Below the pieces are notes generated by a model. The model saw only the letters and a program-made list of their open reading frames with translations. It had not been told where the DNA came from and did not search any database. From contig JAUCBJ010007871.1 of the NCBI GenBank assembly GCA_032718475.1, positions 1 to 53,746 of the forward strand: DNA of 53,746 bases, written 5' to 3'. Of the stretch, positions 1 to 11,144 are shown piece by piece (the stretch's first letter is position 1; the number at the start of each line of letters is the position of its first letter). The DNA comes from Nemertoderma westbladi (lineage: Eukaryota; Animalia; Xenacoelomorpha). The position numbers were made by a program, and so were the translations under genes.

Positions 1-69
1 AAATTCATTTAAAATATGAATTTAAATTTATTCCCGTGAATTTTATTATTTGATGGTAAAATTGACACA

Positions 70-335
70 ATTTATTCCAGAGCATGTCTAGGGACTGAGG
101 ATCTTTAATTCTATAAAATTGTCTTTTAAGAGTATCGGTAAGTGCTGCGATATCTTAATTGACTAGAAATTTTAAAGGATCTGAATTTTACAGATTTTAA
201 TAAATATTAAATTAATATTTAAGATAGGCACCGATTTATTCCAGAACTTGTCTGGGGATGTTAACCACTGATTCTAGAATTTGTCTTTCAAGTATATCGG
301 TGGGTGCCACGATATCTTAATCGACTAGAATTACA
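70..335. repeat. Diverged ~165-bp-period tandem duplication in the BEL 3' non-coding region
   Basis: TTTATTCCAGA...GTATCGGT...CGATATCTTAAT.GACTAGAA occurs at ~70-175 and ~235-335; the same pair is at ~27391-27725 in copy 2. Confidence 0.8.
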
Positions 336-873
336 GATGGTCAAAAGGTGTAACAGATTTATTTGCGTTTTACGCTACTGTTATAGGGACATCACGCTAC
401 TATATGTATTATTATATATGGTATGAGAGCAATATCGCACGAAGCAATGTCAGTGTGAAGAGGCAAGTCGTTTCCAAGGTCTACCCAGAGCTTGGTTTAG
501 CCGAGACACGAGGATCTGAACTTTGCATTCCTAATACTCTGCCTACCAATAATACTTGAATATAGTAGTGGCTTTATTGTACTTTAATAAGTACGGACAT
601 TTCATCTTACTGTAGTCACGTATTTATAATATGATACGGACAGTAAGGAAAAAGAAAAAATTATTTCTCGCCGTCACACTAAATATATATTATATATATG
701 TAATTACGTAATAAACACTAATATATTGCACTAACCTACTAAATAATCTAAAATAACATTCTACTAAATAAAATTAAATAAAACGATTATAATAAAGTAC
801 ATAATAAAGTTCGCATATAAAAATATAATAAAAATAGATAGAATAATATAGTCATACACCCACTCCAGACGTA

Positions 874-3800
874 TCACGTTGGGGAGTCCCTAGATGTTTG
901 AGGAATTAGGGAGGTGGTCGTGGGAAGAGTGTCTTGCCTTCCATAGTTTCCGGAGAGTTCTCTGTCTCTTTCCAGTAAACATAAACGACCAACTGGGCGG
1001 TTGAGTTGTTGCGTCTCAAAGATTATGCCTGGCTTCTTGAAGTTACGCCGCATGACGACGAGTTCTACCGAGCGTACTAAACCATCATCCGAGATGTGGG
1101 TCTCAATGATACGACCTGTCTGCCACCGTTTACGTGGGAGGTCTGAATCTACAATAAGCACCATATCTCCGGCGCTGACGTTTTCTTGCTGCGCAAACCA
1201 CTTAGTTCGAAGTTGTAGCGTGGGCAGATAATGTTTCTCGAAATGGTCAGCGAAACGACGGGATAGCAACTGCATAAGTTGCCAAGTTCGACGGCAGTAT
1301 TCGTCTCCGTCGGCAATCTCCGATCGTGGGAACATGGCTACAGGTTTCTTCAGTAGAAAGTGCGCGGGTGTTAGCGCTTCCAGGGAATCGGGACTCGATG
1401 AGACTGGCATAAGCAGTCTCTCGTTGAGATAGGCAGCTATTTCCTCCATTAACGTCCGCAAAAGTTCGTTGGTGAGATACGCGCGGCATGGCACTATAAA
1501 GTGAAATGCGGTCTTGACACTTCTAATTAATCTCTCCCAACTTCCTCCCCACCAAGGGGCGTCGGCGGCGTTGAAGGTCCAGCTAGACGCTGTTATCCTT
1601 AGCTGATCGTCCACTTGTCTTTGGTTCCAGTCCTTCACGTAAGCCTGGATTTCGTTGTTGGCACCAATGAAGTTCGTTCCCTTATCCGATCTCATGGTAT
1701 TACTAGTCCAGAAGCGAGCGATCTGTCGGCGTAAACTTAAGACGAAGCTGTTGGTAGATAGATCGTTCACCATATCGAGATGGATGGCTCTACAAGTCAT
1801 GCATACGAAGATGACACACCATCTCTTGACTATAGTCCTAGCACGATATACTTCAATAGGGCCAAATAAATCTACACCAGTATTAGTAAAAGGTGGTTCA
1901 TAGAAGCTTACTCGTTCCCTAGGTAATTCTGCCTCTCGCTGTGTTAAAGGCCTACTGAATGCTTTCCCACAGGGTATGCAGTTCCTAAGAACTTGGTTCA
2001 GAGCTCTACGGGGTTTATCAAAATAATAGCGAGTTCGGATTTCGCTAAGAACTCGTTCTCTACCAGCATGATAAAGTTTACTGTGAACATCTACAATCAT
2101 CTTGATTTGTACTTCAAGATTTCTAATGAGTATGGGGAATTTAGTGTCAAAGGATAATGGCGCATTGGTGAGCCTTCCTCCAACACGTATTAACCCATCT
2201 ATCATTGTGCTAGAGAAGCGATCCCTTAAGCGCATCTGCGGATTTCTCAACAACAGGAAATACTTATCGGAATCCTCATAGCATTGCAGGAGTCTCAGTA
2301 TCTGCTTATTGGTTTCTTCATGCTCCTGGTAACTAATTTTCTCCTTTAGAAACCGGTCGGATGTCTTATATTTGGGTAAATTTTTAATAACATGAACTTG
2401 CGCAGATGTCAATGGAGCGGTATCACTAATGGTCTTCGTCCTGGAGTAGTGATGATGAAAACATCGCCTTAAATATGTGACGGCTTTACAGAGCCGATTC
2501 CAGGAACTGTAGTGATGCATTGCTCTCTGCAGCAGGGGTGAGATTCCTTGCGAGACGTCGGGTATTCCAGATTTCCAATCTCTATCTCTAATTTCCACGA
2601 CAGACTTATTTGTGGCGAGGGATTGTGGATCCGAAGCATCGTTTCTGGAAGTATGTAATACAGATAGATCGATCGTCGGTTTAAATAACTTCGATTTACT
2701 CGCCCGGGTTTTAGATTTGACTTTCTCCGCTTCCTTGGCTTGTCTAATCTCCGCCGTAGTAAGGTGAGGAGGCCATTCATCCTCTTCCTTACTCAGGAAG
2801 TCGGGTCCACCCAACCAGTCTGGAGTATCTATCAGTTCCTGTGGAGTCGCTCCCCTGGAGGCGATATCGGCTGGATTAATCGTACCAGGGCAATGTCTCC
2901 ATTGATCTATCTTTGTGCGACTAAGAATAATAGCTACCCTGTTAGTAACAAAAACGCTGAACTGACAGACTTCATTGGTTATATACTCCAACACGAGTAA
3001 AGCGTCGGTCCAATAAACAGTTTTCTCCAGTGGATAGTCGATTTGTTCTGTTACGTTCCGGCCGATGGCTGTAGCGTATAAAGCCGCTTTTAACTCCGCT
3101 CGAGGAACCTTTAACTTGTTGTTAATCAATGCCTTAGAGGTAACCAAGGCGACTTTGATTCCATCCGGAGTTTCGACTCGCAGATATGCTACTATACCTA
3201 TTCCCATGTCGCTGGCGTCTCCAAACACATGGAGTTGATAGGAATAAGTAGGGAGAACATGACCAAAATATACACAGGAAATTATAAAGCTCTCGATGGC
3301 AGGTAGAGAATCTTCCCATTTCATCCATTTCTTTAACAGTTCTCCCTTAAGCGGATCGTCCCATGAGTGGTTTTCAAGCCACATTTGTTGTACTAAACTC
3401 CGAGCAATCAATATAACTGGGCTAATAAATCCCAATGGGTCGAAATAAGTGCTCAGGATACTTAAACAAATCCGTTTGGTCCGAACTGGATTATCTCGCT
3501 GTTTTAGCTGAAAAAACAGGATATCTCTTTCAGTGTCCCACTTCAAGCCAAGCGTCTTGATTTCTGGAAGATCGTCCTTTATTAAGTCTAGATCTTTCTT
3601 TCCTCGGTCTTCTACCGGTATCGCTTCCAGAAACTCACGGGAGTTGCTGGTGAATTTCGTCAGTCGAAATCCACCTCTTTTCAAACACTCTACCGTTCCT
3701 TTCGCGACATCAATGGCTTCTTCTACTGAGGGAAGGGACCTTAAATTGTCGTCAATGTATATATTACGCTTGATGTTGTCTATCACCTCTTTTGAGAAGG

Positions 3801-6800
3801 CGTCTCGGTTGTCATTCGCAGTGGTTCGCACCACGGAGCAGGCGTTGGAAGGGCTAGATATGATCCCAAAAGCCTGGATGGTCATCCAGTACTCTACCAG
3901 TTTCTGGTTGAGATCTCCTTCAGGCCACCACAGAAATCTCAGGCTGTCTCTATCTCTATCCAGCGCCTTGACTTGTAAGAACATTCCTTCTATATCGGAG
4001 GCGAACGCGATGGAATATTGTCTTAATCTTAAAAGTATTCCCAACAAAGATTGGAGTAAGTTGGGTCCTGGTAACAACTCGGAATTGAGGGATTGGCCCA
4101 TATATAGAGCAGAGCCATCGAATACGACTCGTACTTCATGGGGTTTACCGGGTTTGGGAACGTAATGATGTGTTAAGTAATACGTTCTCTCAGTTACTGG
4201 TGTTCCTTCCGGTACTCGCTCCGCGTATCCCTTTGTAATAAATTTCTTCAACTGAGTTTGGTACATTTCTTTAGCTGAAGCGTTAGCCGTAAGGCGTCGA
4301 TGTAATTGAGTGATTCTTTTCTCTGCCAAGGGTCTGTTATTTATAAATCTAGGTTCTCGTTTTCGAAATGGTAGGCCGATTTCATATCTACCTTGCTCTT
4401 TTAAAAAACGTGTAGTTGTTTCCTGGATTTGCTTGGCTCTTTCTTCTTCTATCGATAGGGCCTTATCGTATGAATTGGGCTCTACCAATTCTTGAGTAAA
4501 GAATCGTACGGCGAGTTCGTCCCGAGTTCTAGCGTTGTAGCGCTCTATCTCATCATTTAGTTCGTCATTGTAATCAATGGGTCCCGATGGGCGAATCAGT
4601 TGACATAGGTTCACCTGGTTTTTCCAAGTTTTGTTTTCTGTAAGTAGGTCGATTGTGTTCTCTTCATCGAAGAGTTGGTAGATGTCGTCATTATCTGAGG
4701 AGTATGGTGTTCCCTCAGTTAGTTCGTCCACCTCACTGATCTCCACTTCCCAATCGTTTACTTGGTATATTCGTTCTTGTGGCATTCTCTCTTCGAGAGT
4801 TTTGCGGGAAGGGCCAGTAAAGTACCAACCTACTCTAGTTCTTACCGCATAGGTTTGCAGTGGCTGCGGTTGAGCAGGCCGTTTCTCCAATGTCTCGAGC
4901 GCCTCATGCGCGTTTTGGCCGATGAGTATTTGCACTCCAGGATAATCTGTCTGGAATCGAGGTATCTTAAGATGTTGGATGCTCTCATCCTCGTCCCAAT
5001 TATAAAGGTCTGCTTGGGTAGTAGCGAAGTTCTTTATAACCACCATTTTTACCGACCTTATACCTTGTGCTCCTAATTTATCCTGGGGGGTGGACAACAC
5101 ACCTACATAGTAATCTGCCGTTAGGGTAGATTTCCAAACCTGCATAATTCCTGACATATTCAATTTAGTCCGGAATTTGGGTTGTCCAGCAAAGATATCT
5201 TCGGCTAGTTCTTGATCGATGAATGTTCCTGTGCTGCCGGAGTCAAGGAGGGCGTTCACTATGTAACTTTTGTTAGGACCGTGAACTCTTACCTGCACTA
5301 CAGGAAATTCTCTGATTCCTACGTTGGAAGTTGGAGCTTTCCAAGATGGTTGTCTGGCAAAAGTAGTTGGGGGGAACTCATTGTCGGTGTCCTTTTCATA
5401 AGTAAGTGCTCGATACACCGCGGTATTGATTAGGTAACAGGATTCGTTGGCGTCGGAGAATTCGTCAGTATAGAATCCTTCCATCTCAGACTCTTGATCA
5501 GTGTCATTTACATCACTGAATTGGACATGTAGTTCGGGCTCACTTACCTGACTCGGGTTGTCTCGTTCGAACTCACTGTGTAACAAGATGTGATGTTTCG
5601 CACCACACTTTGCACACTTTACGTCGGAGTAACAGGTTCGCCATTGGTGTCCTGATCTGAGGCAATTATAGCATAACCGCTTATCCCACATGACTGCACG
5701 TCTGTCTACAAGGGATTTCTTTAGAAATTCAGCACACGCACTCAAACGGTGGGTCCCGTCGCACAGCGCACAGTTTGGTTTGATGTTACTCACTTTACCT
5801 TGGGTAACTTGATGCACTCTCGTTCTTTCTTCGGTCTTTCTTCCGTGCATTCTGTTAGGAGACTGAGGAGGAGTCTTGGCAACCTGTTCTCTCCTATCTT
5901 TGGTTCGAGCCTTGTATTTACTTACGTCCTTTGAGGTTTTGCTAACGTAGTAAGATCGGTCAGTGTCTTTCCCACTGTCCTCTTCTTGAGAAGCTTGGCT
6001 TTCGCCGTCGTCAGTGTAACACACTGGTGTTACTCTTCTCCTAGAAACGGGTTTCTCACTTACCTTATTTTCCGATGTTTTCTCTCTGGACTGCTTGATG
6101 AGTTGTAGTTTTACTTCACCATCTAAGAAGGACATGAGATCAGCCATGGTAGGGCTTCGTCGTTGCTGCTCATTCATATACAACACTTTCTTGTCCCAGC
6201 GTGTACATACTCCACCCTTTGGTAAAGTAGAGACTACTGCTCCAATAACCATGGAACTCTGATATTCATGAGACTTACCTAACCAGTCCAATTGTCTACA
6301 AATCTCCTGAATCTCATCGGAAAACTCTATAATCCCGCTACTAAGGAAGTTTCGGGGGGCTACTAATTTTGCATACAAATACTTCGCTATGTTATCCTTG
6401 TTACCATACCTGATGTTTAATGTCTCCCAAACTTGTCTTAATCCATCTGGATGTCCAATAAACTTTAACGCCATTAACTTGGGAGGTCCTTCCAAGCACT
6501 TGATGAGGAATCTAAGTTTCTCTCCGTTAGATAGTACAGAGTTCTGTATGCTATCTTTGTAATATTCATTGAAAGGTAACCATTTCATCTCATCTCCATT
6601 GAATTTGACGATCTCTCCCACTTTGACCGCTTGGCGGGCTTCTGTTCTAGCCATCTGACGCGTAAAGCTTTCTTGGGCCATCGTGTTATTTAATATCGAA
6701 TTATCGGTATATAAATTTCTCGGATCATTATCAGGTCTATAGGGAATATCATTAACAACAGGTTTATAATCACCCTTAATAGGGTTTGCTATAGGAGTTT

Positions 6801-8985
6801 CTACTTCACTAGCAGTATAGATGCGTGTAGGCTCCACACCTTGCGCATGTAATACTTCAGACCTAACAGGTTGACACAATGTTACTGGGGGTATTGGTAT
6901 ACCCTTTTGTATATTGACTAATTTGTCGCGTTCCAGCGCGATACTTTGCTGCACTTCTTGCAATTCTACCCTACTTTCCCTTACTGTTCCCTTGAGTTGG
7001 TGGACAGTCCCTTCTAAATCTCGGATCTGCTGTGAGGAACATTCTCGGTGCTCTCTCAGCTGCCCGAGCAAGAGACCCATCTCCCGCCGTCCCTCATCAA
7101 CCCACTCGACCGCCGAAGCGGGAGTCGCCAACATAGTAGCGGGCCGACGTGGGACGACGGGAGACAAATCTTGGATTTCTCTCTCGGCGTCAAGAACCGG
7201 GACATTCTCTGGGACTGCTCCACCGGGTGCAAACAGTTTCGTACTGTGTAAAGGGAATTTGGTTGTAGGTTCGGGAAGTACAGGGGCCTCTCTCACCGAA
7301 GGGGTGTTTTCGATAACAGGCTTAACTATTTCAGGCTCATCTACTATTGTAGGGAGTCTTTTGACCTTAATAATTTGGTCTGTGGGTTCTGTACTCGCTA
7401 AGTCTGTGCTAGCTAGTTGTCTTCTAACAGCTGGGGGCAAATCAGGCAATTTGTGACGGTGAGATGTTTTTCTACGCCTGCTTAGACGAGATCTATTTCC
7501 TCCGCCTTCAGGATCGGTGGTCTCGCCTTCCTCCGATGATGTGTATCCCTGATGTTTGGGAGTAGATCGACTCATCATCTGCATTTGACTAGCAGTTAAC
7601 TGTTTATTTATGCAGTCTTGCGTCTCTTGCAGATTTTCCAACTCCAGTTGAGTAGTCTCCTCAGACGCTCTCAGTTCTGCCACTGCCACTGCCTTTGCTG
7701 CTGCTGCTTTTGCCGCTTCCGCTTCTGCCCTTGCCACTGCTGCCTTTCTTTCCGCTTCTGCTTTTGCCGCTTCCGCTTCTGCCATTGCCGCTGTTACTGC
7801 TGCTGCCTTTCGGTCCTCTATCCGTTTTTTCTTTACTTGTTCTTCTTGGACTCTAGCGAGGTGGAGTTTTTCATCAAATTTAGCTTGATTTGCAGCTAAC
7901 ATTTCCGTATCGATTGAGTCCAACACAAGCTTGGCTCCTTCACTATTGGGTCGAAGTACAGCCAGTCGTCTCCTCAACTCTTCATCCCCTAAGAAGCGTT
8001 GATAGTCTGACAGATAGATGTCTATGGCGTCTCTCGTTCGCGGTCTCTCTGCTGTCCCTTCGCTTTCCACTTGAGAAAGGGTGGCATCGGTTGGTTCTTC
8101 ACAGGTTGGTCTCTCAGACAGCTGGGATTTCCACTGGGCCGTTTCTTGTACTTTGAGACCTACCCGCTGGAACCAAGTCTTGACAGCAACCTGCAGCGGC
8201 GTGTCCTGTCTTCTTTTGGAAGTTTCCTCAAAGGCTGATAGGATTAGTCTAATGCGTAGGGTTCTTTCGCGTACTTGATATAGCAGCTCTTCCTGCTCTT
8301 GAGGTCCTTGGGGTTGTCGAAACAGTTGTTCTTCTAATCGCTCTAAGGAGCCGAAGAATCCCTGCACATATCCTGCTGCTGACCTCTTCCAAACAGCTGG
8401 ATCCATCGTATCTTTAGTCACTCCCATCCTGTGGATGTCTTCCCAAGTAGCTTCGGACAAATCTAACGGGAGTCCGGGTCCGGGAAAGTTCCATTGTGAC
8501 TCGACAATAGACATCAATTCTTCCCTGGCGTATCCCGCATAACTATCTTGGGTCGCTCGCTTACTTCTCGCCCAATCGACTTGGTGTTCCTCCACCGCAA
8601 TTAATATAGTAGTTAACACTGCGGCAGGAAGGGTGAGAAGGGGATCCGAGTAGGCTGTAGCCGCCATCTGCACTCCGCGTTCGGGGGTCAGCTCTACAGT
8701 ATCCGAACTACTGGAGCTATCGGGTTGCTGGGAACAAGTTTCTTGACTAGGATGTTGCTGCTGTTGGACAGCTGCTTCCTGGTTCCGTTTGACTTGGGCC
8801 CGAGTGCCGATGATAGACCTACGGTGTTGGATTAGCCTAGGGTCTGATACTACTACTGGAGGGATGACCTTTCTTTCAGTAGGAGGTGAGCTGAACCCCT
8901 TTCTTAATCGCTCCACACTCCTATCTGTGTCACAGATGGTTGTATCGATTAGACTGTCTGACAGGTTTTGCTGGGTGTCAGACAT
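874..8985 (-). CDS. Gag-Pol polyprotein (2703 aa) of BEL/Pao element, apparently intact
   Basis: DUF1759-like gag (KFNGDEMKWLPF...GEKLRFLIKCLEG); three Zn knuckles (CALCDGTHRLSAC, CYNCLRSGHQWRTC, CAKCGAKHHILLH); protease ALLDSGS; RT (VRVVFDGS, SDIEGMFLQV, YIDD); Pao-type RNase H (LHVFGDAS, PRAEL, WTD, NPADIASRG); integrase HHCC plus GVDLFGP/SDKGTNF/WERLIRSVK. Confidence 0.97.
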   Translation of the reverse strand: MSDTQQNLSDSLIDTTICDTDRSVERLRKGFSSPPTERKVIPPVVVSDPRLIQHRRSIIGTRAQVKRNQEAAVQQQQHPSQETCSQQPDSSSSSDTVELTPERGVQMAATAYSDPLLTLPAAVLTTILIAVEEHQVDWARSKRATQDSYAGYAREELMSIVESQWNFPGPGLPLDLSEATWEDIHRMGVTKDTMDPAVWKRSAAGYVQGFFGSLERLEEQLFRQPQGPQEQEELLYQVRERTLRIRLILSAFEETSKRRQDTPLQVAVKTWFQRVGLKVQETAQWKSQLSERPTCEEPTDATLSQVESEGTAERPRTRDAIDIYLSDYQRFLGDEELRRRLAVLRPNSEGAKLVLDSIDTEMLAANQAKFDEKLHLARVQEEQVKKKRIEDRKAAAVTAAMAEAEAAKAEAERKAAVARAEAEAAKAAAAKAVAVAELRASEETTQLELENLQETQDCINKQLTASQMQMMSRSTPKHQGYTSSEEGETTDPEGGGNRSRLSRRRKTSHRHKLPDLPPAVRRQLASTDLASTEPTDQIIKVKRLPTIVDEPEIVKPVIENTPSVREAPVLPEPTTKFPLHSTKLFAPGGAVPENVPVLDAEREIQDLSPVVPRRPATMLATPASAVEWVDEGRREMGLLLGQLREHRECSSQQIRDLEGTVHQLKGTVRESRVELQEVQQSIALERDKLVNIQKGIPIPPVTLCQPVRSEVLHAQGVEPTRIYTASEVETPIANPIKGDYKPVVNDIPYRPDNDPRNLYTDNSILNNTMAQESFTRQMARTEARQAVKVGEIVKFNGDEMKWLPFNEYYKDSIQNSVLSNGEKLRFLIKCLEGPPKLMALKFIGHPDGLRQVWETLNIRYGNKDNIAKYLYAKLVAPRNFLSSGIIEFSDEIQEICRQLDWLGKSHEYQSSMVIGAVVSTLPKGGVCTRWDKKVLYMNEQQRRSPTMADLMSFLDGEVKLQLIKQSREKTSENKVSEKPVSRRRVTPVCYTDDGESQASQEEDSGKDTDRSYYVSKTSKDVSKYKARTKDRREQVAKTPPQSPNRMHGRKTEERTRVHQVTQGKVSNIKPNCALCDGTHRLSACAEFLKKSLVDRRAVMWDKRLCYNCLRSGHQWRTCYSDVKCAKCGAKHHILLHSEFERDNPSQVSEPELHVQFSDVNDTDQESEMEGFYTDEFSDANESCYLINTAVYRALTYEKDTDNEFPPTTFARQPSWKAPTSNVGIREFPVVQVRVHGPNKSYIVNALLDSGSTGTFIDQELAEDIFAGQPKFRTKLNMSGIMQVWKSTLTADYYVGVLSTPQDKLGAQGIRSVKMVVIKNFATTQADLYNWDEDESIQHLKIPRFQTDYPGVQILIGQNAHEALETLEKRPAQPQPLQTYAVRTRVGWYFTGPSRKTLEERMPQERIYQVNDWEVEISEVDELTEGTPYSSDNDDIYQLFDEENTIDLLTENKTWKNQVNLCQLIRPSGPIDYNDELNDEIERYNARTRDELAVRFFTQELVEPNSYDKALSIEEERAKQIQETTTRFLKEQGRYEIGLPFRKREPRFINNRPLAEKRITQLHRRLTANASAKEMYQTQLKKFITKGYAERVPEGTPVTERTYYLTHHYVPKPGKPHEVRVVFDGSALYMGQSLNSELLPGPNLLQSLLGILLRLRQYSIAFASDIEGMFLQVKALDRDRDSLRFLWWPEGDLNQKLVEYWMTIQAFGIISSPSNACSVVRTTANDNRDAFSKEVIDNIKRNIYIDDNLRSLPSVEEAIDVAKGTVECLKRGGFRLTKFTSNSREFLEAIPVEDRGKKDLDLIKDDLPEIKTLGLKWDTERDILFFQLKQRDNPVRTKRICLSILSTYFDPLGFISPVILIARSLVQQMWLENHSWDDPLKGELLKKWMKWEDSLPAIESFIISCVYFGHVLPTYSYQLHVFGDASDMGIGIVAYLRVETPDGIKVALVTSKALINNKLKVPRAELKAALYATAIGRNVTEQIDYPLEKTVYWTDALLVLEYITNEVCQFSVFVTNRVAIILSRTKIDQWRHCPGTINPADIASRGATPQELIDTPDWLGGPDFLSKEEDEWPPHLTTAEIRQAKEAEKVKSKTRASKSKLFKPTIDLSVLHTSRNDASDPQSLATNKSVVEIRDRDWKSGIPDVSQGISPLLQRAMHHYSSWNRLCKAVTYLRRCFHHHYSRTKTISDTAPLTSAQVHVIKNLPKYKTSDRFLKEKISYQEHEETNKQILRLLQCYEDSDKYFLLLRNPQMRLRDRFSSTMIDGLIRVGGRLTNAPLSFDTKFPILIRNLEVQIKMIVDVHSKLYHAGRERVLSEIRTRYYFDKPRRALNQVLRNCIPCGKAFSRPLTQREAELPRERVSFYEPPFTNTGVDLFGPIEVYRARTIVKRWCVIFVCMTCRAIHLDMVNDLSTNSFVLSLRRQIARFWTSNTMRSDKGTNFIGANNEIQAYVKDWNQRQVDDQLRITASSWTFNAADAPWWGGSWERLIRSVKTAFHFIVPCRAYLTNELLRTLMEEIAAYLNERLLMPVSSSPDSLEALTPAHFLLKKPVAMFPRSEIADGDEYCRRTWQLMQLLSRRFADHFEKHYLPTLQLRTKWFAQQENVSAGDMVLIVDSDLPRKRWQTGRIIETHISDDGLVRSVELVVMRRNFKKPGIIFETQQLNRPVGRLCLLERDRELSGNYGRQDTLPTTTSLIPQTSRDSPT

Positions 8986-10330
8986 GTTTAGCTATACAGT
9001 TGAATGCTTACTGCTATAATTACAGTTAAAGCAAGTCTAGTAATTCAGTATGACCGTTGGCCTAGTACCGGTAATTTATTACAGTATATTAGAATACCGG
9101 TATACACTTATAATATATAGAAGTATTGTAAACTAGGTTTGTCACAGAGTACCGGTATATAATTTTAGCACAAATATATATAAATATATAATAGGCCTAT
9201 CGTGAATACCGGTATACAGCTGACACTTATAGTATATAAGTATAATTCTGGACTAGAATTAATTACAGAATACCGGTATAATTTCAGCCTAAATTTATAG
9301 AAATAAAGATAATAGGCCTATCGTAAATACCGGTATATCAATTATTTAAATAATTGAATTTCTGAATTTTAAAGGTTACTTAGTTACTTTAACTTACTTT
9401 ATTACTGTTATTTAAGCAGTAGTCCAACTGATATTGAGACCTAGTTGTTGTATGGCAGGCCTACTATTTATAAATCGTTTGAGTTGATTTATAATATATA
9501 TATACCCGTTTAAAATGTGTTTTGTCAATATTTGATATAAATGTTATTATTTCTGGGGGAGTCACTACACAGAAGCTGTGCGCTCTCAGTGAAGTGCTAC
9601 TTATTGGACACTAAAACAGATAATTCTAATTTACCTAAGTTACTTAATACTACCAATTACGTACGATACGGGTGAGATTAATTCTCTAATTAAAACATAA
9701 CAAAATATTACGTATGAAATTTTAGGGTAATTTTACAAGAAGTCTACAAACCAGTCTAACAAAGGGTTAGAACTTCTGGTTATTACAACGGACAGGGTAC
9801 TACGGTATTTGAAAATAATAAGTAGTAGTAAATATGTTGCGCTGTCCAGATAGGAAAAATACCACCGTCTGACGACCTATAGCCGTATCGCTATAGGTAC
9901 TACGTTATGTATCACGGAGTGTTCCTACCTGGAAGTTAATTACCGCGGACTACCAGATCCAACGTGCCTATTAACCACTTTACAACACAATACACTGCCT
10001 ACACACTAATTACTTTCGGAAAGCACTGTACACCAAACCCTAAATTAGGTACAAGTACTTATTAAAACAGATAACTAGCAGTTAAATATACTTGAACAGT
10101 TAAAAGAACCACGGCATCTGCTGGAGTGACCAGAGCACAAAGTCACCAGTCTTTACCTACGCCAAGCAGCCCGTGTAGTACCGGGGTTAATTTAACTATA
10201 ACGGTATGTGTAACAAGCACAATTACTGTAGGAATAAACTTGGGGACATGAATGTTGCGAATAATCGCATAAACTCTGAATAATAAATATTACGCTACCC
10301 GTACAGAATACTCAAACAAAATACAAACCA

Positions 10331-10855
10331 AACGCTTGCAGACTACCACCAAGCCTAAATAAACTACAGTATGTGCAGATTCCGAAATGGTTAGTTAGTA
10401 TGCGTTCTAACACGGTAGTACGACTTATTCTTTAAGAGGGGATTGACCTTACAGCTCTGGCTGCCCCAACTTACTAACTGGCACTTTATCAGACAAACTC
10501 TACACACGCAGCAATCTCTTCAGACCTAATAATAGCTAGACAACAATCCAGCCTACAAAATATCTGAGTAATAACTATTACGGTACCTGAACAGACCACA
10601 CAAACAAACACAGACTAAAAACGCTGGCAGACTACTATCAAGCCTAAATAAACTACAGTATGTGCAGATTCCAAAATGGTTAGTTAGTATGCGTTCTAAC
10701 ACGGTAGTACGACTTATTCTTTAAGAGGGGATTGACCTTACAGCTCTGGCTGCCCCAACTTACTAACTGGCACTTTATCGGACAAACTCCACACACGCCA
10801 CAATCTCTCCAGACCCAACAACAGTCAGACAACAGTCCAGCCTACAATTATCTGA
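10331..10855. repeat. ~289-bp tandem duplication in the copy 1 leader
   Basis: AACGCT(T/G)GCAGACTAC...CCAGCCTACAA starts at 10331 and again at 10620; single copy in BEL copy 2 (~37284-37515). Confidence 0.9.
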
Positions 10856-11132
10856 ACAATCTGAGCAGACTTACACGTCTTCAGCTCAATATTAACTTAC
10901 ATGTAAATAAAACCGACAGAAATAAGTAAAATCTCAATAAAAAACCAGGGCGGCCGTTCCCTGATTAAGTACTAAGACCTACCGGTATACAATAATCAAA
11001 ATCGAATAATACTAATGTACTTATACTGGAAGTACCGGTTAGGACAGTTGGGCCTACAGACCTACAGCAGTACCGATTCAGGTTTACCGGTCGACCGGTA
11101 CTTTCAACTTTATTGCTTACTGCAATAAAGAA

Positions 11133-11144
11133 TATAACTGTTAT
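11133..11144 (-). promoter_or_regulatory. Primer-binding-site position of copy 1 (non-tRNA, complementary to own LTR)
   Basis: Minus strand ATAACAGTTATA directly follows the LTR end; no TGG start; reverse complement of LTR 11816-11827. Confidence 0.75.

Noticed and set aside
3533-4165. Plus-strand 210-aa ORF (also 30849-31505, 6914-7456 and similar)
   Set aside because: Antisense shadows of gag-pol codon usage; no independent motifs.
10193-10205. TAACTATAACGGT resembling an LSU rRNA / I-CeuI site fragment
   Set aside because: Only 13 nt, AT-rich, with no further rRNA similarity.
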